Assembly: GCA_051362555.1 (NCBI GenBank)
Contig: CM120640.1
Coordinates: 4,402,001-4,466,000 of the forward strand
Direction of reading: 5' to 3'
From: Lingula anatina
Taxonomy: Eukaryota; Animalia; Brachiopoda
DNA length: 64,000 nucleotides
The notes under the pieces are model-generated. The model searched no databases and was not told where the DNA came from. It was given only the letters and a program-made list of their open reading frames with translations. Made by a program: the position numbers and the translations under genes. Positions within the stretch are counted from its first letter, which is position 1. Each line of letters starts with the position of its first letter. Of the stretch, positions 13,354-26,980 are shown one piece after another.

Positions 13354-13860
13354 ACATGGTGCGTAATCTGTAAAAGAACAAAGTGAAGTATACAGACAGT
13401 CAAAAACATCACAAAGCAAAGTTTCACACAAAGATTGACGTGAAAGACTGACTATAGATAGCCCTATTCTAAGTTACAAAGCAGACCAATTTTAGTGGGC
13501 CTATTTATTTCCTTATTTTTCCACAATATTTCGAATAAAATGTTTCACTTTTGGATTCCGAGAGGGTGGTACACTAGAAAATCGTATTACAGAAAACTTT
13601 TAAAACTAGAATTGTGTTTTGGTGTCACATTTCAAAGGGAATCTACATGTATCATACTATGCTGTGGGGGAGTATCGCTATGGGGACGTAAAGATGCGGG
13701 GATGTATCGATTCAGGAGACTATCAGTGCGGGGGATTAGCCCATACATCTACTAAAGATAAGTGCAGATATCATGTTGGTTCAAGTTGTATAATTTTGTT
13801 CGTGGTGTTATTTTTGGAAAGGGAATCACCTGCCTCCGTCAACGTCACCGGAAATGTTGT
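13142..13860 (+). promoter_or_regulatory. Putative promoter of gene B with GAS, ISRE-like, kB-like and ETS motifs
   Basis: TTCCTAGAA 13142-50 (TTC-N3-GAA); GTTTCACTTTT 13542-52; GGGAATCTAC 13637-46, GGGGATTAGCCC 13731-42, GGGAATCACC 13821-30; ACGTCA followed by ACCGGAAAT 13842-55. All lie in a CpG-richer stretch just upstream of ATG 13969. Confidence 0.45.
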
Positions 13861-13968
13861 TCTCGGAGACTTTGCACTGTATATTTTGACAGCAGCCATT
13901 TTACAGGTAGTTGCAGAATTTCAAAGAAAGAAATAGTGGGTTAAAGAGCTCACAAATACAGCTGGATC

Positions 13969-16900
13969 ATGAGTACTTTGCTTTCAGAAGTTTCTCACGT
14001 CGTTTCGGTGACAACAAATCGGCGCGTGTCTGTGTATGACTTGATAGTGCACTTTCAACAAGAAAGTGTTGGCGGTGGCGATGTTGATGTGTCGAAAACG
14101 AAAGTACTTGACGAAACCAATTTTGCTATTTATTTTGAGGATGATGCAGGTAATTATATTAAGCATCAGTTTTTATGATTCTTGGTAATTCTTTTTGTAC
14201 TTTTTAATTTAAGGTTTAAATCTGGTTTTATTGACGGCACGTGATAGATATATTAGGGCACGTGATATGCCGTAGCAATAGTCCGAAGGTCCATTGGTAT
14301 GAAGGTTCGGACTATCATGATATATTCAGTCCAGGGCCCCGTGATTTGGAAGCATTGCATAAATTTGCGAAGGGCCCATTGCGAATAGCGATATCACATA
14401 CTAAAAGTAAAGGCTACAATGTATTATATGACTTATATGGGGCTAGTATGAGCTAGTTATGGAATCGATCGGGACGCTTGCGCTCGGTCGCAATGCGCGA
14501 CGATTTCGAGTTACAGGGCCCTGTAACCGAACGGAATTTTCCCATTGAAGTTGAAAGAAAAATCTTAACAAAGGTTTCTCAACTGAATCCTGTCTAGTTA
14601 TGGGCCAATATATATAACCACCCAGCAGGCATAGTCGCGTTGGATCAACGTTGAAAACAGGTTGATACGTTGAATTGCCGTTGATCTACCTAAATTCAGC
14701 ATAGAATCAACGTTGATCCAGCCACGTCAAAACACCGTCATAATGAGACGTTGACTCAACGTTGTATTTTGGTCATTGACACAACCTTGCAGACATGGAT
14801 TGTAATTTAAAATATTAATTATTGAAAACGTGATACTTTTTTATCAATACTGTAACTAACTTTTTCAAAATAATAAAAAAAAGTGTTTTTAAGTGAAAGT
14901 GACAGTTGTTTTGTGTCTTTAGTGAACAAGTGAATTTTTTTTAACTTGTTATTCAGAAATACCAATAAACTGAATTCCTTGCAAGGTCAGCTAACACTAG
15001 GATGAATGAGTCGCTGTAAATGTGTTGGAGTGAAGTTAACAATATTGACAGTTCTCGGTACCCTAGGCCTGTTATAGATAGACAGGCTGAGGTGACTGTG
15101 ACTTTGTTATATATATATATATATATAAACCTTAGAAATCCTAACTTAAAGGCCATACATACATACACACACTGGACAATAGAAATGTCACCCCCTACTG
15201 ATCCAAAACTTTGGAGGAGATAAATGACTGTGGAATGATATGCTCCTGGTATCATTTTATTAACATCAAATTTCACCAAAAAAAAAAAAAAAAAAAAAAA
15301 AATGAGAACAAAACATACATTCTACCAAGATATGCAGTTTCAAGTCGAAAATTAGTACTTAGTGGCATAGCCACGTGACCGGATAATAGCTGCCAGTCTG
15401 AGAGTGCAAGGATTCATATAATTGTCTGATGCGTTCAGGGCTTATGCTGGCCCAAGCATGAAACACTGAATCTAACAGAGTTTGTCTGCTGGTAGGACGG
15501 GCATTTGTCCAAAAGTTTGACACATCATTCCACACATTTTCTATTATGTTTGCACCCGGACTCTGGACAGGCCACATCACCCTGCGAATGTCTTGTTGGT
15601 CAAACCAATCATCAACTGCTCTGGGTCTGTGACAAGGAGCATTGTCATCCTGGTGAACAAATGTATAATTCCTGTCACCAAACATGTTAGTAATAAATGG
15701 AAGCAAGCCTGACTCCAAAACATCGATATATTTCTGGTGATTCATGTTTCCATCAACCACTACCGATTAAATAATCAAACACAGTTAGCATTTTAATAAC
15801 ATGCTTGTGACATCAATTGCACCTCTATATTGGGTTTGGGTGTTTGCTCTGACCTCTGATGACAGACGGGTCCGATGCTGGCGAACTGCTGGTAAAGCAT
15901 TTGAACCACATGCACTGAATTTTTGAACCCGGAGCAGCATATCCATCATGGTGTGGGGCTGCATCAGCGTTAGGGTCTCACATGAAGAAGCTTGTATTAA
16001 AGTTTCACTCTCCTGGAACCATGAATAATTAAAAATAATTCATCGTTTAACCCCAAAAAGGAACATACGTTACTGTCACAAATACAAAACGTCCAACTGT
16101 GAAACGTTCTATTCACTTTGAAAATTCAGCCATCACTGGTTTTGTTGATTGATTTATCTCCTACAAGTAGCCTATAACGTTGCTAAAAATTATAATAATC
16201 TTCTGTATAGAGCAGTTAATTGTTTTTGAGCGACTTCAGTTTGCTTGTCACAGAATGTTAAAAAATGGGGAAAATACACCCTACCAACAGTAAAATAAGC
16301 ATTAAATAAAACATTTTCCCTTCATGATCCAAATATTATATCAGAAATGTCAAACTATCATGGAACCACAATATATTGTTCGGTCAGCAAAAGAAAACAT
16401 TGTATCTCTTGCACACAAGTACTTGAACAAAATGAAACATTTTGACAATTTTTCTAGGGAACATACGTTACCTAGTATAAGTGATGACGCAAAGCCCTTT
16501 GAGATACAGTTTAAATATTTATAAAAACGTCCTTACGTCATGTCTAATTTACCATGACTGAACCACTAAAAAATATATCGGAACGCAGCATAAAAATGAA
16601 AATGAAATGGCAAGAACATACGTTACCGTACGGTTTTTGGAACATACGTTACCATATAGGGCTCTTTGCGTAATGTTAAAGACATGGTAAAATTAAAAAA
16701 TTGAATTTCAGTTGAGACAGTCGTGGATTTTTGTTCTATACACATATATGTTTTGAAATATTGTATACAATTTTGAATTCATTCATTTTTATTTTTTGAC
16801 ACTTCAGCATGTGAAATGCACCTCTATATTGGGTTTGGGTGCAAAGCGACACTCATCAGAAAAAAAATTATATGACCAATTGTCATGGACTGTCCGGTTC

Positions 16901-19900
16901 CAGATTCTGTTGGCCTTAGTTCACTCTTCGTTGCCTGTTTTGTAACGATATAAGAGGTTTCAGTCTTGCAACCCTGCTGTACACTCTCTGAGCACGTAAC
17001 CGACGACAGTTTTCACAGACAGATTCTTATGTGTGAAATTGTTCCACTGTGTTGTCAACTGACAAGCAATGTTGAACCTTGACAACCTGGACATCAAAAT
17101 CAGTCGTCGGTCTTCACGGTCAGTAGTTTTTCTTGGATAACCCATCAGAGGCAATTTGTCTCTTGATCCAGTGTTTCTATACCGAGACCAGACCATCTGC
17201 ACGGTTCTAACTGAACAATTCAACTGTATCGATATTCTGACATTGCTTATATTCCACCTCTTCAGGTTAATAACTTGACGTCTATTATCGTTAGATAGTA
17301 TCCTGTATCTTGTCATATTGGAGAAAGACAGGAATGACATTTGCTGTACATGTACAAGACCAACAATACAATCCCATGGTGCAGCGGTTTTATACTCATT
17401 AGTCACATTATAAGTAGACCAGGCATTATAACTGCCCAAGATCTGCCTACTTTGATTACTCTGATTTAGGGGGTGACACTTCTATTGTCCAGTGTGTGTA
17501 TATACCCTACATATTCTTAGCCATCAAACATGTCCTACTGCTAAACACATCCAGGCTAAAAGGGTGTAGGCCCCTACCATGCTTGGGTGCAAAACATGCT
17601 TAGGAGCTAAATGCGTTGAAAAAATCAGACAAAGCAGGCACTTGGATGTTTTTACAGTGTACGTTATAATTGTGTACCTGTGTTTTGTACCAAAACACAA
17701 TTTCATGCAAGAATGTTGTCTAACAACTGGATGGGGTTGATACAATGCTGTTATCTGCTGTTGAGTCAACTTTCAAATCCATTGTTTACCCAACGTATTA
17801 TCAAAGTTATGGCTCAACGTTGTTTCAACGTTAAAAGAACATAATTTGCCCGCTGGGCAATGTGTTGAAACTAATTTTCATTTTCTTTTTTATTGTTTAA
17901 TTGATTCAGGTATATTTCCAGGATAATGCAAAGTACACTACGTATAGATTTGTAGACCCCTCTCCGTGAATTTGTAGCCCTTTCCCTTCGCTAGCCTCCT
18001 AACGCTCTCACTGTATTGGGGTTAACTTATTGTTTGACGGGTAGTGGCGTGTTCAATCTTGGGAGGGGTGTCGGCCGGACTTCATTTGCCAGTAACCCCC
18101 ATGTTGCGGGGATAAGTGGCGTGATCGATCTGGTGAGGGGTGTTTGGCTGGATATTATTGGCCAGAAACCCCGATTTTAGTTAGTTACACTTAGAACGTT
18201 CTTCATTCACTCACACGATACCCAGAAAATACACGCCATTCAAGTTCTAGGAAGAAGCAATTTCGTCAACCGTAGGAGTTTAAGTTTGATTTTGTTGATA
18301 AGTTAAAGTGAGTTTATAGTAAGTTTTAAGTTTGTTTTATTATTTAGTTATTAAATTTAGTTGAAAAATATAGCTTAAATTGCTACCGCGACGATCTTTG
18401 TTATGGTTCAGTATCCAGTAACGATGTCGATTTACTTAGGGTGATTTCGTGTTTGTTTTTGTTCACGGAAAGTGTCACTATATACGATTTACCTGGTGTA
18501 TTTCATTGTATAAACCCTATGTAAAAAGCTAGAATTCGATCGTAGAACGGATATTTGGCTTAGCGCAAACTTGCCGTATTACTGTGTTAGCGTCGGGATA
18601 CAAGTGATCTCGTTTATAGAGTTTAAAATAGCGTATCAGCGAACTTATTGTTGGCTCCCGTTTTCAGGTCACTGCGAATCTGTAGCACGTTTTCAGTACT
18701 GCTTCGCACGTTTTAGCCGGTGACACCACTTCTTGTAAAAATTTACACTTGTTTAACTAGTAGGTTACTGTAAATGCTCTTAAATTTAGTACAGATACGT
18801 TCTATTGTGAAATGGTAAATTTGCACTTAAGCTTTAGTACAAAGAACGTTCTTACCTTTATTACCGTAGCGTTGAGTTTTACAAAGCATTCTAAATATTG
18901 ACACAACTGTGTTACCGTAATTGGCCTTCAGTTCTGGACGAAATCTTTTTGTAAAATTTACTTTGTTATTGCCTTTGTAATTATATTTTGTTTTTTTTTC
19001 TTATTTAAGACGTGTTGTGTTGTGTTGTGTTGTATTGGTATGCTGTCTGATGACAAAAGTCAACGGTCAGAACAAGAAGTTATAACTTCTTGGTCTGTTA
19101 TAACTCCTTGGAACAACCAAGATAAATTCCCATCAGAATCCACCCATGGCAAAGTGCCAAAATCCAAAGTGGCCACCAATGCATAGGAAATGGGTATTTT
19201 TTGGGCATTTCATGGAAACTGGATAACTTTAAAACTTGTGAAAAGTATCATTTCTTATGTTTAAAGGCATGGCCATTCAAATGTTTAGAAATCATCAGAA
19301 ATCAAGGCCATGCCTAAATTTCAAGGTCAATCTAAAAAAAAAATTAATAGCCTAAAATACAACATTATGACTTTTTTTATTCTTTCAAAAATGAACTTTT
19401 CATGATTTTTCTAGCTCCTATTGAGAACTGCATACAAGAGATCACCAATGCGGTTGAACTATAGATGAATTTATTGAGCGTCAAACTGGCAGGTCATCTG
19501 TAAATTACTTTGCCAATTAACATATATGTTCATTATGCTGTTAAAAATGCAAAAACCCAGTTAGGAAGTGGACTAGATAAGGATCTGGCCAGTGACATAT
19601 ATATGTCACAAGGTTCAAACTCAAACAAGGTCAAACCTAAAAATGATGTGAAATACACAACACTCTATATTTTTACAAAAATATAAACTCATGATAAAAT
19701 GATGGAATATTCCAACAAAACACTTGATCTGTAATTTCAACAAGGTTTCAATAAGGTTTCAATAAGTATGACAAATGCAATGTTCAACCAGATCATTAGT
19801 GTATTTATTCACAGAGGTATTTTTTTCTTGTTGTAACTTCCAAGTTACAGTATTTTTGTTGAACCTTTTCCATTTGAGTTCCTTTTGGCTAGCAGTTGTT

Positions 19901-22900
19901 CATTAATCCCCAATTTCTAAAAAAAAAGCAATTGTGCAGATTGCCAATGTCACCCTGTCTCCAATGCAGAGTTGGGATGTTGTAAAAGCCCTTCATGTGT
20001 TCTTGAAGTCCTAAACTCTTTGTACTGTAGATGCATCTTTGATTACCATTGACCCTGTTCCTAAATAAGACCCTATCTCAGTTTGTCCAATATATTTCCT
20101 GACTCTCTTTCATCCAGCCCAGTATAGAGTACCCCAACATTGCCCTTGGAATACAAATCAAGAGATTAAACTGGCCAGGCGGTCCTTTTGCTCAACTTCT
20201 TCTCAATAAAAAGTGGTGTTGGCCTGGTACTATAAGATTGGGCGTTGACGTTTTGAAATGTAATGGTCATTATGAGTTGTAGTACAGGGGACCATCTGTG
20301 TCACAATTTCCTTCAGAACCTATGGAATGGTCTGACACAATAGCAGATAGTAGTTCACAAAATGGGCTGATGATGATCCAACACCATGAGCAATTTTTTT
20401 ACCACACTTTCTTCAGAAAACGTCACACAAACATAACATTGATGACAAAGTTAGTCATCAAAACAACGAACTCCAAGTAGGAATCTCAATTTATGAGAAA
20501 TTCTGACATGCCACTAGTGGAGCAATTGACATAATTAAGTTGATGGAGCCATTCATTATTTGTTAGGTCAAAAGTGATCCCTTGTGTGTTGTGCTTACCC
20601 TATAGGCCATCATCGAAGGGCCTTTCATTTACTTTTCCTCTGGGAAAGAAGGTTTTGACAGGATGTTGCCACTTAATAATAATAGTTGCTGACAATGCTC
20701 TGCCCTAACTACAAATCTGGTTATCTTAACAGGACAACCAGTGCAAATAACTGTATGGTCCTGCATGTCGCATGGCTTTTGCTGCTAGAACAACAAACTA
20801 AAAGCATGAGCCATTTTAAGGTGACCTTCTGTTTGTGTACATCACGCAGCATCCACAAGTACCGTTTCAAATGTGCTTTTGCAAGTCGGTGTGGGTGTGT
20901 TTCTGCTTGCAGGCACATTTTTGCAGTGTATAATATGTACATTTTTTATGTACAGACACAGCTGTATCTACATACATAGCCATCACCTTTGTCTCTAATT
21001 ACGCAGCAGGGTATTCAGGGCACAGACTGTGATCACAAGATACCGCAAATAGATTTTTAGATTTTTAGAAAATAGATTCTTCATGTGAATGGTCCCTAAG
21101 TCTGTTGATGAATTCATTGTATTTAATTTGTGTCTTGTCTAAAGAATTCCCTTTGTTCAAGACAAGCAAGACACTTCAGTATAATATAGGAGTCTTTTTA
21201 GAAAGAACTGCAATGGAGATTTTGGGAACCTTTTTAATGAGTGCTTTTTAAGCAAATTTCTTTAAAAGAAACTGACCTCTAACTTGCTTGTAATAATGAA
21301 AACAATTTATTTCATAGTTGCAGCAAAAGTTCTTCAGAATACACACACAATCCAGTCAGAAGGATCACCTGTTGAAGTAACTGTTTCCCCCTGTACAGTA
21401 GAAATTGCTGAGCAGCACAAGTTGCTGTCCATTGAAACAATATCACCATCTACATCAAGCAGTGATAGCTTCATTGTCCTTGATAAAGAAGAGGATGAGG
21501 TGGAAAGAGAGAGTGATACTTTAAGTTTTTTGAAAGCATATCCACAGGTATGAAGTATTTTAATTTAAAAATTGTCTTCTAAACTGTAGACCTATCATTC
21601 ATGCTATTTCAAATATCCTGTAAGTGATGTAATTAATTATGTTTACAAAATGCCATGTTCTTTCTTGAAGTCAGAAGTGTCCTTAATGTCAGATTTTAAA
21701 TGTCTCAGTTTTTTTATACATGAAAGAAATGTTTTATTTCTACAGAATCCACAGTCCCAGCTTCTCTCAGAGAGAGGCATTGAGAACCAGGACACAGATA
21801 AAGGAACAGATGGCAAAACCAATAACCAGTACATCTATTTTGACCATTTGGCAGAAGGTCTAACTGGGCTAAATCCGACTGGAACTTTACAACATGGACA
21901 CATAAATAAACCAGATGGAAAGCAAGCAGAGACAAATATGGTCAAAAATGAAATGGATCAGTTTGAAAGGAAGAGAGGGAATGATGGCACACAAATGTAT
22001 GTACATGTATCAGGCTGTGGTACTGAGGCAGAATCCTACATGGACCAAGAAAGTGGAAAAACATACAGCTGTGGTGGGCATAACAAAGATAAAATACAAC
22101 AGTCACATCTGTCTCAAGTCTTGCATCCCCATTTGCTTCTTGCAAGAAGAACTGATGGTGGTAGTCATGCACATGAACAACAACTCACGCTGAGTTCCAT
22201 GCCATTTCGGTCACTAACACAGAGTGAAGAGTTTCGGTTAAAACCAGGTCATTCACCACCTGCTGCAGAAATGTACATATCAGGCTATGGTATTGATGCA
22301 GAATCCCATATGGAGCAAGAAAGTGGGAAAACATATATCAGTGGTGGGCATAACAAAGATAAAATACAACAGTCACATCTGTCTCAAGTCTTGCACCCCC
22401 ATTCACTTCTTGCAAGAAGAACTGAGGGTGGTAGTCATGCACATGAACAACAAGTCATGCTGAGTTTGATGCCATTCCAGTCACTTACACAAAGTGAAGA
22501 GTTTTGGTTAAAACCAGGTCATTCACCACCTCCTGCAGAAATGTACATATCAGGCTATGGTATTGATGCAGAATCCCATATGGAGCAAGAAAGTGGGAAA
22601 ACATATATCAGTGGTGGGCATAACAAAGATAAAATACAACAGTCACATCTGTCTCAAGTCTTGCATCCCCATTCGCTTCTTGCAAGAAGAACTGAGGGTG
22701 GTAGTCATGCACATGAACAACAAGTCATGCTGAGTTCGATGCCATTCCGGTCACTAACACAGAGTGAAGAGTTTCGTTTAAAACCAGGTCATTCACCATC
22801 TCCAGTGAACACTGACCTGCCAGAAGTTCACCAGCTGGGAACTGGTGCCAAATATGCTGCTCCAGAGGAAAGAATGGGAAAAAGTTCTCTTCCAAATTTG

Positions 22901-25900
22901 TCATGCAGTTCTGCAGGGCATACTGATGACAAGAAAAGTGACAGAGGGAATCCAGAGCAACCACAAAGCACAGCTTTTAGGGAATACGGAGAAAACAGTC
23001 AAGCCCAGACACAACCAGCCACAACACAAGACATTGAGGAAGAATTTGGAAGAAAAAGATCGACAGGGCATACAAATATTGGTCACCTGCATCCAAACAC
23101 CAACCTTACTGATAGCAACTACATTTTGACCAATGAGGATCCTGTCCAGAGCTCTGGTCACACACATCACCACGAATACAGTCAGCCACCTCCCATTGCC
23201 CGTTCTGAACCCCATATTCAGCAGGATCCTGGTCACTCTGCAGGTGGTCATGCTGGTCAAATTCATCAGTATGGAGGGCCGCAAGAAAAGATGACCATTC
23301 CAGGAGATGTACGTGATCCACAGTCAGGGCAATCTTCCCCATGGCTTCTTCACTCTCCTCCTAGTGGTGATCAAACCAAGCAGGTGCCCCATATGACACA
23401 AAGTATACATATACCAAAGATGAGAGAGTCAGCAGATAGAGGGAGACAAAGTGATTTACCCCCACAAGCTGAACAAGGTAAATTGATTCAGATGTTATCA
23501 AAGACCATGCCCTCCATGGCACAGCTTGGTTCTCAGCTTGGCCTTACAGAAGAACAAATGAACCAAGAAGGCATGGCAGCTATGTTGCTGCACCTAGCTA
23601 ATGAAAATGCAAAGCTTAAAGCACAGCAACTACCAGATTGTGATGAAGATACAAAGAAGTCTGTTGCAGAAGAGGAATATCTGCCCCATCGCCAGCATGA
23701 GAAAGGTTAGCATTGATTTTGCAAAAGAAGGAGGTCAGCAACAGATTGGCACTGAAATAGTTTTTATAGCCATGTACAGGTTTTAGAAATTGTTTTTAAA
23801 ATGGAGTCGAACCAAAGATGTTACAATGTATAATGACAGTGCCTTAGTACATGTGCCTTTCCCATTGGTTAACAGCCATTTCTTACTAACAAAACCTTAA
23901 AAATTTTGTGGTGCAAAATTAACTGAGTTTTGGCCTTTTTTGGGGACAACTGTTCAGTCATCAGACAATTATTCACTTAGAAATATATAAAGGGTTACTT
24001 TCTGGAGTCTTGAAGGCTAACTGCAGGTGCGTACGGAAGCCATCTTCCAGGGTCTTTCGGAAAAGGGTCAGAATTTTTCAAGTGTACATTGACAGGCATG
24101 TTTTTTTTCTGTCGGAAGACAGATTAAAATGGAAGATGGATCAACAAAAATAATTTGGAAGACTGTCAGATAATATTTCTGGATTTGCCCCTGAACTGAT
24201 TTGAAAGTGTTCATTAGCAGCATGTAGGATACAAGCTAGATAGTTTAGCAGCATTTTGTTGTGATACGTCTCATTTATATTATATTTATAGTTGTAAGTA
24301 AAATCTCAGAATAAATCAATTCAGATATTTTGAGATTAAAAAACAATTGGCATATTTTCAGTGGTAGAGGAAAGAAGTACAAACGCCGAGTTAGCAGATC
24401 CTGGCAGAAGTATTTTAGTTGAAGTCACTATGTCTGGACCTGCAGAATGTTTTGAGGAAGAAGAGCTGAAATTCTTGTTTGAAAATGCCAAACGTACTGG
24501 AGGGGGAGATATTGACAAGTTTTATTTTTACCGTGATAAAAAGAAACTTATCATTAGATATGAGAAGAATAAAGGTATGTTTTAGTGAAGTAAAAACTGA
24601 CAGCACTTATTTACAATGAATGAGGATTGATCGTTAATGCCAAGAATAATAAACTTCAAATTTATGAAAAATCAATGACAATTAAAGTACTTGAAAGACT
24701 AGAGTTATTATATTGAAATTTTTGTATGAAGATTAACACGTTTTTCAGAAACCCTTTATGGATTTCATCTAATTTTCACCTAGACATATTCACTACTGAA
24801 ATCTGTCAGCAATCCAATAACCAGTTTAATTCATTTTAACATGTGAGTTAGTGTTTACTTATACTTTTAAGTATCCATATCATTTTTTTAATTTTATTTA
24901 AGATGATAAGAATGGTAAAATTGTTATCCAATTATATAAATTTCAGATGCACAAGGTGTTTTGAAAAATGGATCTTTTGACTATAAAGGGGTAAAATTTA
25001 CCCCCATATTGTTCCAGTCCCCAAAACCAATGCAGCAGCATCAAAAGCATGTCCAAGAGCATTCCCACAGTGCAACTGCTGCAGGCTTGGAGCATTCTGG
25101 AGGCCCCCCTTCAGAAGCAATAAGCACCCTGAAAGAAGAAGTGTCTCAATCCCAAACACAAGATCCAGTGGTACATCCTCAGTGGCTTTCAGAACAAGAT
25201 GAACAAAAATCAGATGAACACATAGGTACAATAGAAGTCAGAGGTTTCAAGGAAACTACGACTGATGAGGTTATAAGATATTTCTTCCAGAGCAAGAAAA
25301 GATCTGGAGGTGGTCAAATCAAAAGTATGGAGATCAAGAGAAAAGAAAATAAAGCCTGTATCACCTTTGAGGATGCAAAAGGTATGATCTTCATTTTCAT
25401 AAAACCTGGAGACACTATAAAGACAGAGACCTTAAAAGAAATGAGAAACGTTTGCATAAAAGAATAGATTGTGAATCTTGCCATGTGATGTTGACATTTT
25501 ACTAGTTATTTTTTGCACATTGTGCTAGAAAAGTTGTTAATGATGGTTTGTTGTTCCAGTTGCATCCCGAATAATACAAAGAGGCACCTTGACATTGGAA
25601 GACGCACCCCTGCAGATCTGTGAGTTACTTGGCCCCCAAAAACCTGTCAATGTGAAGATGCCATTACAACCCAACAAACTACTTTTGATGGGCCTGTTGC
25701 CAACAACCACTTCAGACTGCTTGAGGTTTTTTGTAGAGTACATCAGTGAGCAGGACACATTTGATATTGTGTATGGACCACAACCAGGTGTCATACTGGT
25801 GACATTCCAGGAGAAGATAGGCAAGTGATCCTATCTGATTTCTTTCCTTGAATTGGTATGACTGTGTGTCATCTTGTATGTTTGTATTGGTATCATCAGC

Positions 25901-26922
25901 ATGTATATTGCAGGGGTAGTTGTGGAATATCCAAAACTGAAAATAATTCTCAATAATGATATGTGTGACATACTGTATATCCTTGCTGTATAATTTGTGC
26001 ATGTGATTGTAAACCTTGAATGCTGTTCATATGTAAAAATTCTTTTCATTGTAAAAAAGTCAATAGTTGATTTTTTTTAAGTGACACCTGGTGTAATTTG
26101 GGGCATTTCAAGATGTATTATTATTCTTATTATTATTATTATAGATTTTTAATTGTCTGGGGGTCAGACAGTATTGTTTGAAAATTAAGCACATCAGTGA
26201 ATCTACCACAGAACTTTGCATATTATATAGTGTTTGTTGTGTCTTAGATGTATATATATTGGGAATGCATGTACATGTAAGTAATATTATCAAAAACAAT
26301 TATGGTAGCAATCAAATAGAACTAGACAATATGTATGTTTTCAGATTTTGGTATTGTCCAAAAGAGGATCCAGAAAAAGAAAAACAAACAAACATCAGAA
26401 TTTGGTAATGTCGATGCTGCACAGGTCTACTTTCCAAGTGCTGTACAGGTCCATGGCCTACCTCCTTCAACCACAAAAGATGCCCTAGAAATCCACCTGG
26501 AAGCTCAGTGTGACAGTGATGCCCATGCAGAAGTTATTCAACTAAATGTTGATAAGGGATATGGTGTGGTTGAGTTCTCTGATTACAGAGGTATTCAGAT
26601 CTATGTTTTTCTTATAAACAAGTTTTTTTTAAAGTCATTAACTCTCTTTTCTACTGAATGAATTATAGTATCAATATATTGTGTTTAATTTAAGGTGTGC
26701 ACCATAGCTTTCACTTGCTTTTTTACACCAAAGTTATGCTGGAGCTAAGGTGTTTTTCAATTAGTCAAAATGTTTTTTAATGTAAAACACCATTTTAAGA
26801 TAAATTGATGAAGAATAAGCAACAAAAAGTACATTCATACTTGCATGACATTACTTTTGTAAAGCTGTACAAAATATAAATATATGCATAATAATTAATG
26901 GAAAGCTTCAGTATTTGTATGA

Positions 26923-26980
<58 letters not shown>

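Larger units (their letters stand above)
14621..17857. mobile_element. EnSpm/CMC-like non-autonomous element hosting nested insertions
   Basis: Termini CCCAGCAGGCA / TGCCCGCTGGG, a 2-bp CA duplication on both sides, and clusters of palindromic CAACGTTG subterminal repeats at both ends. Confidence 0.7.

Noticed and set aside
13495-13944. Three overlapping ORFs upstream of gene B
   Set aside because: No recognisable homology; this is the GC-richer promoter/5' UTR region.
22001-23560. RHIM/amyloid signalling motif in the repeat exon
   Set aside because: No (I/V)Q(I/V/L)G core is present; HQLG, AQLG and YISG are only loose resemblances.
21650-23710. Stand-alone 686-aa gene
   Set aside because: It has phase-compatible splice sites (21746, 23705) linking it to flanking RRM exons, so it is better explained as an exon of gene B.
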